From an uncultured Gemmatimonadales bacterium (GTDB taxonomy: Bacteria; Gemmatimonadota; Gemmatimonadetes; Longimicrobiales; RSA9), in contig CAWCRS010000003.1 of the NCBI GenBank assembly GCA_963798085.1, forward strand, positions 800,001 to 864,000: a DNA stretch of 64,000 bases, read 5' to 3'. The notes beneath the pieces were generated by a model. The model did not search any database. It was not told the DNA's origin and worked only from the letters and a program-made list of their open reading frames with translations. The stretch's first letter is position 1, and each line of letters starts with the position of its first letter. Positions 1 through 10,560 of this stretch are shown one piece after another. A program made the translations under genes and the position numbers.

Positions 1-924
1 GTGAGCGGACTGGCCGGCGAGGGCGCTGCGGGCGCGGGCTCGCTGGCGGACATGGTTGCGAAGCTCGAACCGCCGCGCGCGCTCTGGATCATGGTGCCTG
101 CCGCGTTCGTGGACAGCACCATCGCGCAGCTGACAGGTCTGCTCGAGCCCGGCAATGTCATTATTGACGGCGGGAATTCCTACTACCGTGATGACATGGC
201 GAGAGCCGCGCGGCTGCGTGCGCGCGAGCTGCACTACGTGGATGTGGGCACGAGCGGCGGCGTCTGGGGCCTGGACAACGGCTTCTGTCTGATGGTCGGC
301 GGCGAGGCCGATATCGTGCAGCATCTCGAGCCCATCTTCGAGGCACTGGCGCCGGGGGTCGAGGGCGCACCGCGCACGCCGGGTCGCGCGGGCGAGACCA
401 CCCCGGCCGAGCGCGGCTGGCTGCACTGCGGCCCGAATGGCGCCGGCCATTTCGTGAAGATGGTGCACAACGGCGTCGAGTACGGTCTGATGGCGGCCTA
501 TGCGGAGGGGCTGAACCTGCTCGAGCACGCCAATGTCGGCCTGCGCGAGCGCAAGGCGGATGCGGAGACGGCGCCGCTGCAGCATCCCGAGCACTACCAG
601 TACCGCCTGGACATTGCGCAGATCACGGAAGTCTGGCGGCGGGGCAGTGTGATCCGCTCGTGGCTGCTGGATCTGACGGCGCAGGAGCTGCTGCGCGATC
701 CGTCGCTCGAAAGCTTTGGCGGTCGCGTCTCCGACTCCGGCGAGGGCCGCTGGACCGTGGAGGCGGCCATCGAGACCGGCTCACCCGCGCCCGTGCTGTC
801 TACAGCGCTGTTCTCGCGCTTCACCTCGCGCGGCGAAGAGGAGTACGCGCATCGTGTGCTGTCCGCGATGCGCCGGGCCTTCGGCGGGCATGCCGAAGTG
901 CCGGCGGGAGGTGCGCATGCCTAG
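1..924 (+). CDS. gnd: Decarboxylating 6-phosphogluconate dehydrogenase (short, GntZ/YqeC type), 5'-truncated by the window
   Basis: Motifs IDGGNS, DVGTSGGVWG, GAGHFVKMVHNGVEYG, WRRGSVIRSWLLDL, DSGEGRWT, FGGH; first gene of a gnd-zwf-pgl cluster. Confidence 0.95.
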   Translation: MSGLAGEGAAGAGSLADMVAKLEPPRALWIMVPAAFVDSTIAQLTGLLEPGNVIIDGGNSYYRDDMARAARLRARELHYVDVGTSGGVWGLDNGFCLMVGGEADIVQHLEPIFEALAPGVEGAPRTPGRAGETTPAERGWLHCGPNGAGHFVKMVHNGVEYGLMAAYAEGLNLLEHANVGLRERKADAETAPLQHPEHYQYRLDIAQITEVWRRGSVIRSWLLDLTAQELLRDPSLESFGGRVSDSGEGRWTVEAAIETGSPAPVLSTALFSRFTSRGEEEYAHRVLSAMRRAFGGHAEVPAGGAHA

Positions 925-939
925 ACGCGTTCTGATGCG

Positions 940-2310
940 GTGGTGCTTTTCGGCGCCTCCGGCGACCTGGCGCACAAGAAGATCTTCCCCGCGCTGCAGG
1001 GTCTGATCAGGCACGGCATCCTGGATGTGCCGGTAATCGGCGTGGCGAGGAGTCCGTGGACCATCGAGCAGTTCCGGGACAAGGTCGCCGCGAGTCTGAG
1101 AGAGCACGGCATTTCGCCGGACGACGCCGCGTCACGGAAGCTCCTGCAGCTGCTGTGTTATGTGAGCGGTGATTATCGTGAGCCGGCATCGTTCATCCGC
1201 CTGCGCGATGCCCTCGGCAAGGCCCGCAGCCCCCTCTTCTACCTCGCCATTCCGCCGAGCATGTTCCCGTCGGTAATCGAAGGTTTGGGCAAGGCCGGCT
1301 GCGCGAGCAGTGCGCGCGTCGTCGTCGAAAAACCGTTCGGCCGCGATCTCGCGTCAGCGCAGGAGCTGAATCGCGTGCTGCACGATGTGTTCAGGGAACC
1401 CACGATCTTCCGCATCGACCATTACCTGGGTAAGGAGGCGGTGCAGAATCTGCTTTATTTCCGTTTCGCGAATTCGTTCCTCGAGCCCATCTGGAATCGC
1501 AACTACGTGCACACGGTCGAGATCACGATGGCGGAGAGCTTCGGTGTGGAAGGCCGCGGCGCTTTCTACGAGGAAGTGGGCGCCATACGCAATGTCGTGC
1601 AGAATCACCTGCTCCAGGTGGTTGCCAACCTCGCCATGGAACCTCCTGTTGGTGAAGGTGCCGAAGCCAGCCGCGACGAGAAGGTCAAGGTGTTCCGCAG
1701 CATCCGTCCACTGACGGGCGAGTCGCTGGTGCGCGGCCAGTACAACGGCTACAGGAACGAGAAGGGCGTCGCGCCGGAGTCGACCGTGGAGACGTACGCG
1801 GCCATGCAGCTGCACCTCGATTCCTGGCGCTGGGAAGGTGTGCCCTTCTTCATTCGCGCGGGCAAGAGTCTCCCCGTCACGGCCACGGAGGTCGTCGTCG
1901 AGTTGAAGCACCCGCCGCAGCGTGTGTTTCGCGAACCCATACCACGCGAGACCAATTATTTCCGCTTCCGTCTCGGTCCCAACAACGTGGCCATTGCGGT
2001 GGGCGCGCGCGCCAAGCGTGCCGGCCCCGCCATGGTGGGGCAGCAGCTCGAGCTGTATGTCAGCAACGAGCAGGATGACGAAGCCGATGCCTACGAGCGA
2101 TTGATCGGTGATGCCATGAAAGGCGATCAGTCGTTGTTCGCGCGCCAGGACGCGGTCGAGGAAGCGTGGCGCATTGTGGACCCGATCCTGTCGATGGACA
2201 CACCGGTGTGCTCATACCAGGCCGGCACGTGGGGACCACGCGAAGCCGAAGAGATCATCGAGCGCTTCGGTGGCTGGAACGAACCCAAACCAGCCTCTCC
2301 CGCATCGTGA
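940..2310 (+). CDS. zwf: Glucose-6-phosphate 1-dehydrogenase (true start probably ATG 917 with a 1-nt indel)
   Basis: FGASGDLA Rossmann motif, [34 protein letters not shown]. Confidence 0.96.
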   Translation: MVLFGASGDLAHKKIFPALQGLIRHGILDVPVIGVARSPWTIEQFRDKVAASLREHGISPDDAASRKLLQLLCYVSGDYREPASFIRLRDALGKARSPLFYLAIPPSMFPSVIEGLGKAGCASSARVVVEKPFGRDLASAQELNRVLHDVFREPTIFRIDHYLGKEAVQNLLYFRFANSFLEPIWNRNYVHTVEITMAESFGVEGRGAFYEEVGAIRNVVQNHLLQVVANLAMEPPVGEGAEASRDEKVKVFRSIRPLTGESLVRGQYNGYRNEKGVAPESTVETYAAMQLHLDSWRWEGVPFFIRAGKSLPVTATEVVVELKHPPQRVFREPIPRETNYFRFRLGPNNVAIAVGARAKRAGPAMVGQQLELYVSNEQDDEADAYERLIGDAMKGDQSLFARQDAVEEAWRIVDPILSMDTPVCSYQAGTWGPREAEEIIERFGGWNEPKPASPAS

Positions 2311-3014
2311 AGCTCGAAATCCTGCCCGACGCGGCGAGCGCCGCACGCAGCGCTGCGCTGCACATTGCGCAGGACGCCCGCGCTGTGGTCACGGCGCGCG
2401 GCCGCTTCTCCCTCGCATTGAGTGGCGGCACGACACCGGGTCTGATGTTCGACGTGCTCGTCGAGACGCCTGTGCCATGGCCGGCGGTTCACATCTTCCA
2501 GGTCGACGAGCGGGTCGCACCGCGTGGCGGCGAGGATCGTAATCTGACGCAGCTGCGCAAGCGCCTGCTCGAGCGGCTGCCGGTACCGCCCGCCGGCGTG
2601 CACGCCATGCCCGTCGAGGAAGGCAATGACGCGCTCGCACTCGCGCGCTACGCGCAGGCGCTGGAGAGCGTGGCCGGCGAGCCGCCCCTCCTCGATCTCG
2701 TGCACCTGGGTCTGGGCGATGACGGCCACACTGCGTCGCTCGTCCCCGGTGATGCGGCCGTGGAAATACGCGAAAACGATGTTGCCATGACCGCGGTTTA
2801 TCGGGGCAGGCGACGCATGACCCTCACGTTGCCGGCGTTGAATCGTGCGCGCGGCATCGTCTGGCTGGTAACGGGCGAATCCAAGGCGGAGGCACTGTTG
2901 CGTCTGGTGCGCGGTGATGAGAGCATACCGGCGGCCAGAGTGCAGCGCGACCTTGCCATAGCCTTCGTCGATGCCGCAGCGGCTCGACTCCTCCCAATGG
3001 ACAGCGGGGAATGA
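2307..3014 (+). CDS. pgl: 6-phosphogluconolactonase
   Basis: [36 protein letters not shown] at 2307 overlaps the zwf stop. Confidence 0.93.
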   Translation: MKLEILPDAASAARSAALHIAQDARAVVTARGRFSLALSGGTTPGLMFDVLVETPVPWPAVHIFQVDERVAPRGGEDRNLTQLRKRLLERLPVPPAGVHAMPVEEGNDALALARYAQALESVAGEPPLLDLVHLGLGDDGHTASLVPGDAAVEIRENDVAMTAVYRGRRRMTLTLPALNRARGIVWLVTGESKAEALLRLVRGDESIPAARVQRDLAIAFVDAAAARLLPMDSGE

Positions 3015-3727
3015 TGAACGTGCTCGTCGTGGATGTCGGTGGCACGCACATCAAGATTCTGGCGAGCGGGCAGGCGGAATCGCGCATGTTCGATTCCGGC
3101 ACCGAGCTGACGCCTGCGCAGATGGTGGCGGGTGTACTCGAGCTGGCCGCCGACTGGACCTGGGACGTCGTATCCATCGGCTACCCCGGCCCGGTCGTCG
3201 ACGGCCGGCCGACCCGCGATCCCCACAACCTCGCGCCCGGCTGGGTGGGCTTCGACTTCGCCGCCGCCTTCGGCAAGCCCGTGCGCCTGCTCAACGACGC
3301 CGCCATGCAGGCACTGGGCAGCTATCACGGCGGCCGCATGCTGTTCCTCGGCCTGGGCACGGGCCTGGGCTCGGCCATGGTGCTGGATGGCGTCGTGCAG
3401 CCGCTCGAGCTGGCGCACATGCCGTATCGCAAGCACCGCACGTACGAGGACTGGGTAGGCGAGCGCGGCCTCGACCGCCTGGGCAAGCGTCGCTGGCGAG
3501 GCGTCGTGGCCGAAGTGCTCGAGCTGTTCCATAACGCCCTGTTACCAGATTACATCGTGGTGGGCGGCGGCAACGCCAAGAAGCTGCAGGAGCTGCCCGA
3601 ATGGGCCGTGCGCGGTCAGAACGCCAACGCCTTCCGCGGCGGCTTCCTGCTCTGGGAACACCCGTCAGCCGGTGGTCCCGCCGAGCCCCGGCTCACGGCC
3701 GAAACGCCGGCCCCGGCAACCGCCTGA
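3011..3727 (+). CDS. ROK-family sugar kinase, polyphosphate glucokinase-like
   Basis: DVGGTHIK, NDAAMQALG, LGLGTGLGS, ELAH, VVGGGN; ATGA overlap with pgl. Confidence 0.85.
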   Translation: MMNVLVVDVGGTHIKILASGQAESRMFDSGTELTPAQMVAGVLELAADWTWDVVSIGYPGPVVDGRPTRDPHNLAPGWVGFDFAAAFGKPVRLLNDAAMQALGSYHGGRMLFLGLGTGLGSAMVLDGVVQPLELAHMPYRKHRTYEDWVGERGLDRLGKRRWRGVVAEVLELFHNALLPDYIVVGGGNAKKLQELPEWAVRGQNANAFRGGFLLWEHPSAGGPAEPRLTAETPAPATA

Positions 3728-3731
3728 ATGC

Positions 3732-3764
3732 GGAAGCCCGGACCGCCGAGCGGCCCGGGCTTCC
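3732..3764. terminator. GC-rich hairpin between convergent genes, probable intrinsic terminator
   Basis: GGAAGCCCGG-ACCGC-CGA-GCGGC-CCGGGCTTCC immediately after the ROK kinase stop. Confidence 0.55.
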
Positions 3765-3802
3765 CGTTTCCTGCAGCCTGACGCGTGTGCGTCAGGCCCT
3801 GC

Positions 3803-5095
3803 TCAACTGATGTTAGGGTTGTTGTCCCGCTCCGACTTGGGAGTCGGGAAGCACAGGTCCTGCCTGACCAGGTGCGATCCCACCTTCACATCGCCGCTGG
3901 GTGTTTCGAGCGGATCCAGATCGCCGGGCGTGTTGGCAGCCTTCCAGCGCCGCATGTCGCCCATGCGCCTGGCTTCCAGCCACAGCACGATGCCGCGCTC
4001 CCGCTTGAGCCGCGTCCATGCCTCGTTCAGGTTGGCGGGGGTCGGCCAGGCCGCTACGCCTGCCGTCTGGCGCAGCCCGTTGATCAGGTTCATGGCCGCA
4101 GTGATGTTGCCCGCCCCGCCGCGCAGCAGTGCCTCCGCCTCGATGAGCCGCATTTCCGGCCCGCTCGAGAGATTCACCGGTGACGCCGACGTCGGATACT
4201 TGTCTTCCGGATAGAAGGGCACGCGGCCGCAGCAGTCGATGGCCGCATCGCCCTGCAGCGTCGTGGTGCGCCACTTCACGCGCGGATCGTTGTAGGTCTT
4301 GAAGTACTCCTCGTAGACCGTGTTCCATTCCGTGTGCGCGCGGTACGGCGTGTTGTTGATGGACCACTCGATGCGGTTGCGCTGGTCTTCCGAGCCCACT
4401 TCGTAGAACGGCAGCTGGTACACGAACGACGTCGGCACCTGACCCGCATCGGCCACCGCTTCCGTCCACTTGTCGAGGGGTACGCGCACCGACGCGCGAC
4501 CGGCCAGTGCCGCCGTCTTCACGGTGCCGGTTCCCAGCGTGGATGCCGTGCTGAAGTAGCCCTCCGCGCGCTGGAAGTAGATCTTGTAGTCCTGGATGGC
4601 GCCGCCATCGATCACGCCATCACACATGTTCTCGCCCAGCAGCCTGTTAGCATAGCCCGCCCACAGATTGGCCTGCGCCAGCAGCCGTGTGCTGTCGGGC
4701 ACCACCGACTGCATGCGCGTCAATCCGTTCTCGGCGTACCAGCGCGCCCGCTGCGCGTTGTTCCAGTGCGTGTTCTCCTTGTCGTCATTGGGCAGGATGC
4801 CGTTCTGCCATTCCACGAGAATGCCGAAGCTGCCCGTGGAACCCGCGGGATGGATCTCGCGGGTGACGGCCGCGCCCGTATAGGCGATCCAGTTGAAGCC
4901 GTCGGCCAGTGCGCGACCCATTCCGGTCACGACTGCGGCCTGCGCTTCGGGCCTGTCCAGGAAAGGATCCTGAACCGGTCCTGGATTCGTCACCTTCGTG
5001 TCGCAACCCGCCAGCAGCACGCCCACCGCCAGCAGCTGGCCCGCACGTGCCCGCAGGCCGCGCCGGCCACTTCCCATCCGCATGTGCTCTTTCAT
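3803..5095 (-). CDS. RagB/SusD-family outer-membrane lipoprotein
   Basis: Lipobox LLAGC, EMRLIEAEA, INGLR, ERGIVLWLEARRMGDMRR, C-terminal P-x-P-x-SE-x-DNNPN; directly downstream of a SusC gene. Confidence 0.9.
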   Translation of the reverse strand: MKEHMRMGSGRRGLRARAGQLLAVGVLLAGCDTKVTNPGPVQDPFLDRPEAQAAVVTGMGRALADGFNWIAYTGAAVTREIHPAGSTGSFGILVEWQNGILPNDDKENTHWNNAQRARWYAENGLTRMQSVVPDSTRLLAQANLWAGYANRLLGENMCDGVIDGGAIQDYKIYFQRAEGYFSTASTLGTGTVKTAALAGRASVRVPLDKWTEAVADAGQVPTSFVYQLPFYEVGSEDQRNRIEWSINNTPYRAHTEWNTVYEEYFKTYNDPRVKWRTTTLQGDAAIDCCGRVPFYPEDKYPTSASPVNLSSGPEMRLIEAEALLRGGAGNITAAMNLINGLRQTAGVAAWPTPANLNEAWTRLKRERGIVLWLEARRMGDMRRWKAANTPGDLDPLETPSGDVKVGSHLVRQDLCFPTPKSERDNNPNIS

Positions 5096-5108
5096 GGTTG
5101 CCTCCGCC

Positions 5109-8096
5109 TCAGAAGGTCACGCGCAGCGCCAGCGTGTACGTAGCGGGCGGCGGTATCTGTTCCAGCAGTGAACGCTCGGTTGTGTTGAATCCGTTGTTAT
5201 TGCCCATCTCGGGCTCGAACACCGGGAAGTCGCTGTTCACCCACTTCCAGAAGTTGCGGGCAGTCAGCGAAAGTGCGGCGTGCGTGGCGCCCGGCATCAG
5301 CTTCGACGGTATGGGCGCCTGCACGGTCAGTTCGCGGATCTTGAAGAAATCGGCCTTGTAGATCTCGAAGTCCGACTGTGCGAACTGCACCACGCAGCGC
5401 GAGCGCTGCTTCGCAGTCAGCGCGTCGGGTCCCTGCTCTTCACTCAGCTTGTAATCCGCGAAGCAGCCCGGCCACTTCACGGAGCGCGTGATCGCGTTCC
5501 AGGCAGCGCCATCATACATGTAGTTGCCGCCCTGGTACTCGCCGCGCGCGGTGAGCAGGATGCCCTTCGGCAGTGTGATCGTGGTGTTGATGCCGAAGAC
5601 CTTGGTCGGCTGGTTGGGCCCGATGTTGCACAGCTTCGCCGAGCCGTCGGGGTTGGTCTGCACGATCGGATTCGCCTTCTCGTCCGGATTCGCCAGGCAG
5701 TGCGCGTGGATCACCGGTACCGGCTGGCCTTCGACCACCCAGCCGAAATCGCCGCCGCCGATCAGGAACTCCGGCGCGCCGCCCAGGCTCAGCACCTTGC
5801 TCTTGTTCGTGTAGATGCTGCCGCCCACGTCCCAGCCGAAATTGGCCTTGCGGATCACCGAAAGGTTGGCGCTCAGCTCCACGCCCTTGCCCTCCAGTTC
5901 ACCAATGTTCTTGAGCTGCGAATTCAGGAATCCGAGTGAAGGCGCTTCGCGCACATTGAACAGCGCGTCCGACGTGCGCCGGTAGTAGTAGGTGAAGTCG
6001 AGTGCCAGCCGGTCGCTCAGCGTGGAGTTCTCGAAGCCCAGTTCCACCTCTGACGTACGCTCCGGGCCAAGGTCCGGGTTGCCCACGCGCAGCGGCAGGA
6101 ATGCCGGCTGTGTGCCCCAGCCGGACGGGTCGTACACGCGCAGCGCGTCGAACGCGCCCGGCGCACGACCTGACTGGCCCCACGCGGCGCGCAGTTTTGT
6201 GGTACCCAGCGCCTTCGGCCAGAAGGTCTCGTCCGAGATGATGTAGGAGCCGCTGATCTTGGGATACGCCTGCAGCCCCAGGTTCTTGCCGAACGCGCTG
6301 TTACCATCGACGCGAATGCCGCCGGTCAGGAAATAGCGGTTGTGGAAGTCGACCACGTCCTGGAAGAAGAAACCGGCGTTGATCACGCGCTCGCGTGTCT
6401 CGAAGCCCAGTGTGAGGCCGGCATTGTTCACCACCGGGTCGCCGGGGCCGGGGAAGTTCTGCCCGAACGCCAATGTCGACTGCGTCTCACTGGTCACGCT
6501 CTGCCCGCCCCAGGAGAAGCTGGAGCGCAGGTTGTCGCCCAGGTGCAGCTCGTACGTGCCCACGTAATCGACTGTCAGGTTCGTGTACTGATAACGCCGA
6601 TCCGACAGCACGCCCGTGGGCTCGAGCACGAACCCGAACGGACGGTTGCTGCGGTTGTCCTGCTGCGCCAGGTCGTAGCCCAGGCTCAGCCGGTTCGTCC
6701 ACTTCGCCAGCGGGCTCCACGTCGCCGAAACACCCGTGATCAGGTGGTCAATGTTGGTGGTGAGATCCCACGTGAGCAGCGGGTCCACCGCGGCGCGCGT
6801 CTCCGAGCTGAGATAGTTGCGGTTGCGCCGGAATGTGTTCAGCGTGATGCCCTGCGCGTTGTTGCCGGCGGGCGTGTTGGTGAAGTCCTCATTGGTGAAC
6901 GAGGTGTTCCACTGCAGCTTCAGCGTGGACAGCGGCGAGAACGTGAAGTTGCCGCGCACCGTCGTCTTCTTTTCCCTGTCCAGCGGGAGCACGCCCTCGT
7001 TGTTGCTGTACGCTCCGGACACGAAATACTGCAGCGATTCGGCGCCACCGCCCACGGAAAGCGAGTACTGCTGGCGCGAGGCGTCACGCAGCCACGGGTT
7101 GATGTACAGATAGGCAGGGTCGCCGCAACTGCCGCCATTGGCATCGCAGAACGCTTTCGTGTTCTGCTCCGATGGTGGCAGGTCGGTCGACTTCGGTCCG
7201 AATTTAAGTTCGTGATCGAAGCCGGTCTCGATCTGCGCCGTCCAGGTCGCCCTCCCGGTCGAGCCACGCTTGGTGAAGATCTGGATCACGCCCGCCGCCG
7301 CTTCCGTGCCGTACAGTGTGGTGGCCGCGGCGCCCTTGATGACCTCGATGCGCTCAATGTCGGCCGGGCTGATATCGTTGAGCGGGCTGGCAATGTCGTT
7401 GTTGCTGCGCAGTGTCGAGCCGGTGGGGGGCACATTGCGCGCGTAGCCTTCACTGCGCACGCGCACGCCGTCCACGTACAGAATGGGCTGATTGCTCATG
7501 GCCACGCTGACGTTGCCGCGCAGCCGGATCATCGAGCCGCTGCCCACCTGACCGCTGCTCTGGATCACGGTCATGCCCGGTACGCGAGCCTGCAGCAGCG
7601 CATCCACGCTGACCGGCGGCTCGGCAATGTTGGCCAGGTTGACCTGCGCGATGCTGTTGCCCACCTCGCGCCGTCTGGCCGCGCCCGCCGTGCCAGTGAC
7701 GACGATCTCGTCGAGGCCCAGCACTTCGGTGGACAGCTCGAAGTCCGCCACCGTGGTCTGCCGCGCGGTAACGCTGACATCGCGCGTCAGCACCTTGTAG
7801 CCGATGCGCAGCACGCGCAGCGTGTAGGAACCGGGCGGCACGTTGAGAATGCTGTAGCGGCCGTCCGGCTCACTGATCGCGCCGAGTCCGCTGCTGCCCA
7901 CACTGATCTGCACGCCCACGACGGGCCGCTGCGTGCCACTCTCTGTAATGCGGCCGTTGATGGTGCCGTTCTGTGCCGCCACGGGTGCAGCGAACAGCGC
8001 TGCAAACATGGCGGCCCGACCTGCGGTTCGCAGTGTGAAACCGGACCCGCGCCCGGCTCCCCACCACGCACGACGGGAAGGTGAAGCCTGTTTCAT
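5109..8096 (-). CDS. SusC/RagA-family TonB-dependent receptor
   Basis: Signal peptide, carboxypeptidase-regulatory-like N domain, LDEIVVTG TonB box, DIERIEVIKGAAATTLYG..AAAGVIQIFTKRG plug motif, GNPDLGPE, C-terminal Phe. Confidence 0.95.
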   Translation of the reverse strand: MKQASPSRRAWWGAGRGSGFTLRTAGRAAMFAALFAAPVAAQNGTINGRITESGTQRPVVGVQISVGSSGLGAISEPDGRYSILNVPPGSYTLRVLRIGYKVLTRDVSVTARQTTVADFELSTEVLGLDEIVVTGTAGAARRREVGNSIAQVNLANIAEPPVSVDALLQARVPGMTVIQSSGQVGSGSMIRLRGNVSVAMSNQPILYVDGVRVRSEGYARNVPPTGSTLRSNNDIASPLNDISPADIERIEVIKGAAATTLYGTEAAAGVIQIFTKRGSTGRATWTAQIETGFDHELKFGPKSTDLPPSEQNTKAFCDANGGSCGDPAYLYINPWLRDASRQQYSLSVGGGAESLQYFVSGAYSNNEGVLPLDREKKTTVRGNFTFSPLSTLKLQWNTSFTNEDFTNTPAGNNAQGITLNTFRRNRNYLSSETRAAVDPLLTWDLTTNIDHLITGVSATWSPLAKWTNRLSLGYDLAQQDNRSNRPFGFVLEPTGVLSDRRYQYTNLTVDYVGTYELHLGDNLRSSFSWGGQSVTSETQSTLAFGQNFPGPGDPVVNNAGLTLGFETRERVINAGFFFQDVVDFHNRYFLTGGIRVDGNSAFGKNLGLQAYPKISGSYIISDETFWPKALGTTKLRAAWGQSGRAPGAFDALRVYDPSGWGTQPAFLPLRVGNPDLGPERTSEVELGFENSTLSDRLALDFTYYYRRTSDALFNVREAPSLGFLNSQLKNIGELEGKGVELSANLSVIRKANFGWDVGGSIYTNKSKVLSLGGAPEFLIGGGDFGWVVEGQPVPVIHAHCLANPDEKANPIVQTNPDGSAKLCNIGPNQPTKVFGINTTITLPKGILLTARGEYQGGNYMYDGAAWNAITRSVKWPGCFADYKLSEEQGPDALTAKQRSRCVVQFAQSDFEIYKADFFKIRELTVQAPIPSKLMPGATHAALSLTARNFWKWVNSDFPVFEPEMGNNNGFNTTERSLLEQIPPPATYTLALRVTF

Positions 8097-8268
8097 AACG
8101 AGGCTCCTGAGGTTCTGGTGGTTACTGCTGTGGATCAGATCCTGGCAGACCGGCCACGGCGACGTGGCCCTGAAAACGGGCCGCCGCGCAGCGCAACGCC
8201 CGTGTCATCTTCAGAACGTGTGAGGCAGTTCCCGTCGGACGGATTTCACCTCTGGTGCCGAGCTTCTC

Positions 8269-8297
8269 ACATAACCGGGCGCAAGGCAACCTGTCAA
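8269..8297 (-). promoter_or_regulatory. Candidate sigma-70 promoter for susC-susD
   Basis: Minus strand TTGACA, 17 nt, TTATGT about 170 nt upstream of the susC start; weak -10. Confidence 0.3.
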
Positions 8298-8363
8298 CAT
8301 TGTGTTCGGCCAGACGCCGGCCCCTTCAGCCCGTCAGTCGCATTCCGGCCCGGGTACCGCGAG

Positions 8364-8756
8364 TCAGCGCGCCGGCCTGCTCGTGGGCGTCACCGATACC
8401 GACACGCTGTCCGCGGCGCTTGTGCCATCGCTGTCGAGCACGGTCGCGCGCGCCAGATACGTTCCTGCGTCGACGTACGCGTGCGTGCGCGTCGCGCCAG
8501 CGGATCGCGCCAGGAACGTGGCAAGGGAATCGACAGCGCCATCGCCGTACGCCACGGCCAGCCCGGCCAGTGAATTGCCCTTTGCCTCGACGTGAAACGT
8601 GATGCTCGTGCCCGCGGGTGCGCTCACCGGTGTTGCCGTCAGTGTAATGGATACAGGCTGCGGATCGGGTCCTTCCACGCCGTTGCACGCCGCCAGCTGC
8701 ACGGCCAGCAGCAGCGCCAGTGCGGCCTCACCCGCCCGCCCGCTGCGTGTCGACAT
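8364..8756 (-). CDS. PKD/Ig-like domain lipoprotein
   Basis: Lipobox LAAC; PKD-like YGDG...THAY..AGTY.ARATV.D..G. Confidence 0.7.
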   Translation of the reverse strand: MSTRSGRAGEAALALLLAVQLAACNGVEGPDPQPVSITLTATPVSAPAGTSITFHVEAKGNSLAGLAVAYGDGAVDSLATFLARSAGATRTHAYVDAGTYLARATVLDSDGTSAADSVSVSVTPTSRPAR

Positions 8757-8758
8757 GC

Positions 8759-9241
8759 TCAGAAACGAATGCGCAGGAACACGGGCACGATCGTGTCTCT
8801 GCCGCCGTCGCCCGGCTGCTGTGCGTTCGAGTTGAATGCGCCGGTCAGCGTGCTGACCAGCAGCGCTGTGCCCACGCCGGCGGCCCCGCCAATCAGGAGT
8901 CCCGTCTTCCACTTGTCCAGGCGACGAAGCTCGACGTTGGTAATGTCGTGCTGCGCCAGATCAATGCGCTGACTCAGCGTTTCCACGCGCGTCCCCACCA
9001 GATTGGACGACACCGCCACCTGCAGCAGGAGCGAATCCGTGCCCCGCTGCACCACCCGGCCCTCGAGGAGTCGCCTGTCGCCACCCGGCAGGATGGTGGC
9101 AAAGCGACTGGCCTCGGACTCGGTGATGCGCACGCGCGTATCCGTGCCCGGGCCCAGGTCCGACAATTCGCCCGGTACGTAGTGGTAGCAGCCGGCCAGC
9201 ACAATGGCGGCCAGCATCAGTGTGGAGGCAGCAGGTCGCAT
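8759..9241 (-). CDS. Hypothetical lipoprotein with C-terminal hydrophobic segment
   Basis: LAGCYHYVP lipobox, small beta domain, KTGLLIGGAAGVG hydrophobic segment. Confidence 0.7.
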   Translation of the reverse strand: MRPAASTLMLAAIVLAGCYHYVPGELSDLGPGTDTRVRITESEASRFATILPGGDRRLLEGRVVQRGTDSLLLQVAVSSNLVGTRVETLSQRIDLAQHDITNVELRRLDKWKTGLLIGGAAGVGTALLVSTLTGAFNSNAQQPGDGGRDTIVPVFLRIRF

Positions 9242-9603
9242 GACTTCGCGTTGCAGAGGAACGGCCGCTCGACCGGGCCTTTGCCTGCGCTGCCGGCTCG
9301 ACGTCGGTCAGGATTTCCGCGAGCCGCGCAGTCCGGGCGCCGTGCGTGTGCACAATCGACGCTGTTAACGTAGAATGCGCGACGGGTCACCTTCGCGACA
9401 GGGGTCCGCGCACCGGCCCGCTCAGCGCCGGTTCGTGGCCCGGCGAAGCGCGCCTCCTCCTGATACGTAATGAGGCCCGTGTACGGGCGCAGTGCCAGTC
9501 CCCTGCTGGAGGCGGCTGGCGAACCGGTGCGAAGCGCGCGCACGGCCATGTGGCGCTCCGCACCGAACGTGGGTGGGAGAGTTCACCAGCAACCGAGGAC
9601 AGA

Positions 9604-10560
9604 ATGGAAAACGCGTTGTTGCTCGATACCATTACCAAACGCTACTCCGGACACACCGCGGTGGACGGCCTCTCGCTCAGCGTGCCCACCGGCACCATCT
9701 ACGGCATCCTCGGACCCAATGGAGCCGGCAAATCCACCACGCTGCGCATGGTCATGAACATCATCATGCCGGACAGCGGCACCATCTCGCTGCTGGGTGG
9801 TGATCCCACGACCGATCGCTCCGTACTGCGCCGTGTCGGCTATCTGCCCGAAGAGCGCGGGTTGTACAAGAAGATGAAGGTGCTGGACGTGATCGTGTTC
9901 TTCGCGCAGCTCAAGGGCGTGAACGCGAAGGACGCGGCCACGCAGGGCATGGCCTGGCTGGAGCGCATGGAGCTGGGCAACTGGGCGAACGCGCGCGTCG
10001 AAACCCTGTCCAAGGGCATGCAGCAGAAGGTGCAGTTCATAGCCACGGTGCTGCACCACCCGGACATGCTGATCCTGGACGAGCCGCATTCCGGTCTCGA
10101 CCCCGTCAACCAGGAAGTGCTGGCCGACACCATCCTGAAGGCCCGCGATGAAGGCCGCACCGTTCTCCTCAGCACGCACAACATGGCGCAGGCCGAAGCC
10201 ATGTGCGAATACGTCTGCATCATTGCCGGCGGCCGCAAGGTGCTGGACGGCCGCGTGCGCGACATCCGCCGCTCGAATCGCGCGCTGCGCTACGAATTCG
10301 AGTTCGATGGCCCGTCCACGCAGGTCGATCGCTTCATGGAGACGTCACCCGCGTTCCTCCAGCGCACACGCAACGGCCTCCGCTGGCAGGTCGAAGTGCG
10401 GCCGGGCACGGACACGGGGCGCCTGCTCACTGAGCTGAGCCAGCTGGATGTGCACCTGGCGCGCTTCGAGCACGTCGAGCCCACACTGCACGAGATCTTC
10501 GTCGAACGCGTAGGCGACGCGCAGCGCGCGGCCCGCAATGGTGAGGTGGTCCATGCATGA
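9604..10560 (+). CDS. ABC-2 exporter ATP-binding subunit (NatA/YhaQ-like)
   Basis: GPNGAGKS, GYLPEERGLY, LSKGMQQK, ILDEPHSGLDPVN, C-terminal EPTLHEIF. Confidence 0.92.
   Translation: MENALLLDTITKRYSGHTAVDGLSLSVPTGTIYGILGPNGAGKSTTLRMVMNIIMPDSGTISLLGGDPTTDRSVLRRVGYLPEERGLYKKMKVLDVIVFFAQLKGVNAKDAATQGMAWLERMELGNWANARVETLSKGMQQKVQFIATVLHHPDMLILDEPHSGLDPVNQEVLADTILKARDEGRTVLLSTHNMAQAEAMCEYVCIIAGGRKVLDGRVRDIRRSNRALRYEFEFDGPSTQVDRFMETSPAFLQRTRNGLRWQVEVRPGTDTGRLLTELSQLDVHLARFEHVEPTLHEIFVERVGDAQRAARNGEVVHA

Noticed and set aside
922..924. Pyrrolysine or recoded amber codon
   Set aside because: No pyl genes in the window, other genes end normally at TAG, and a simple indel explains the junction
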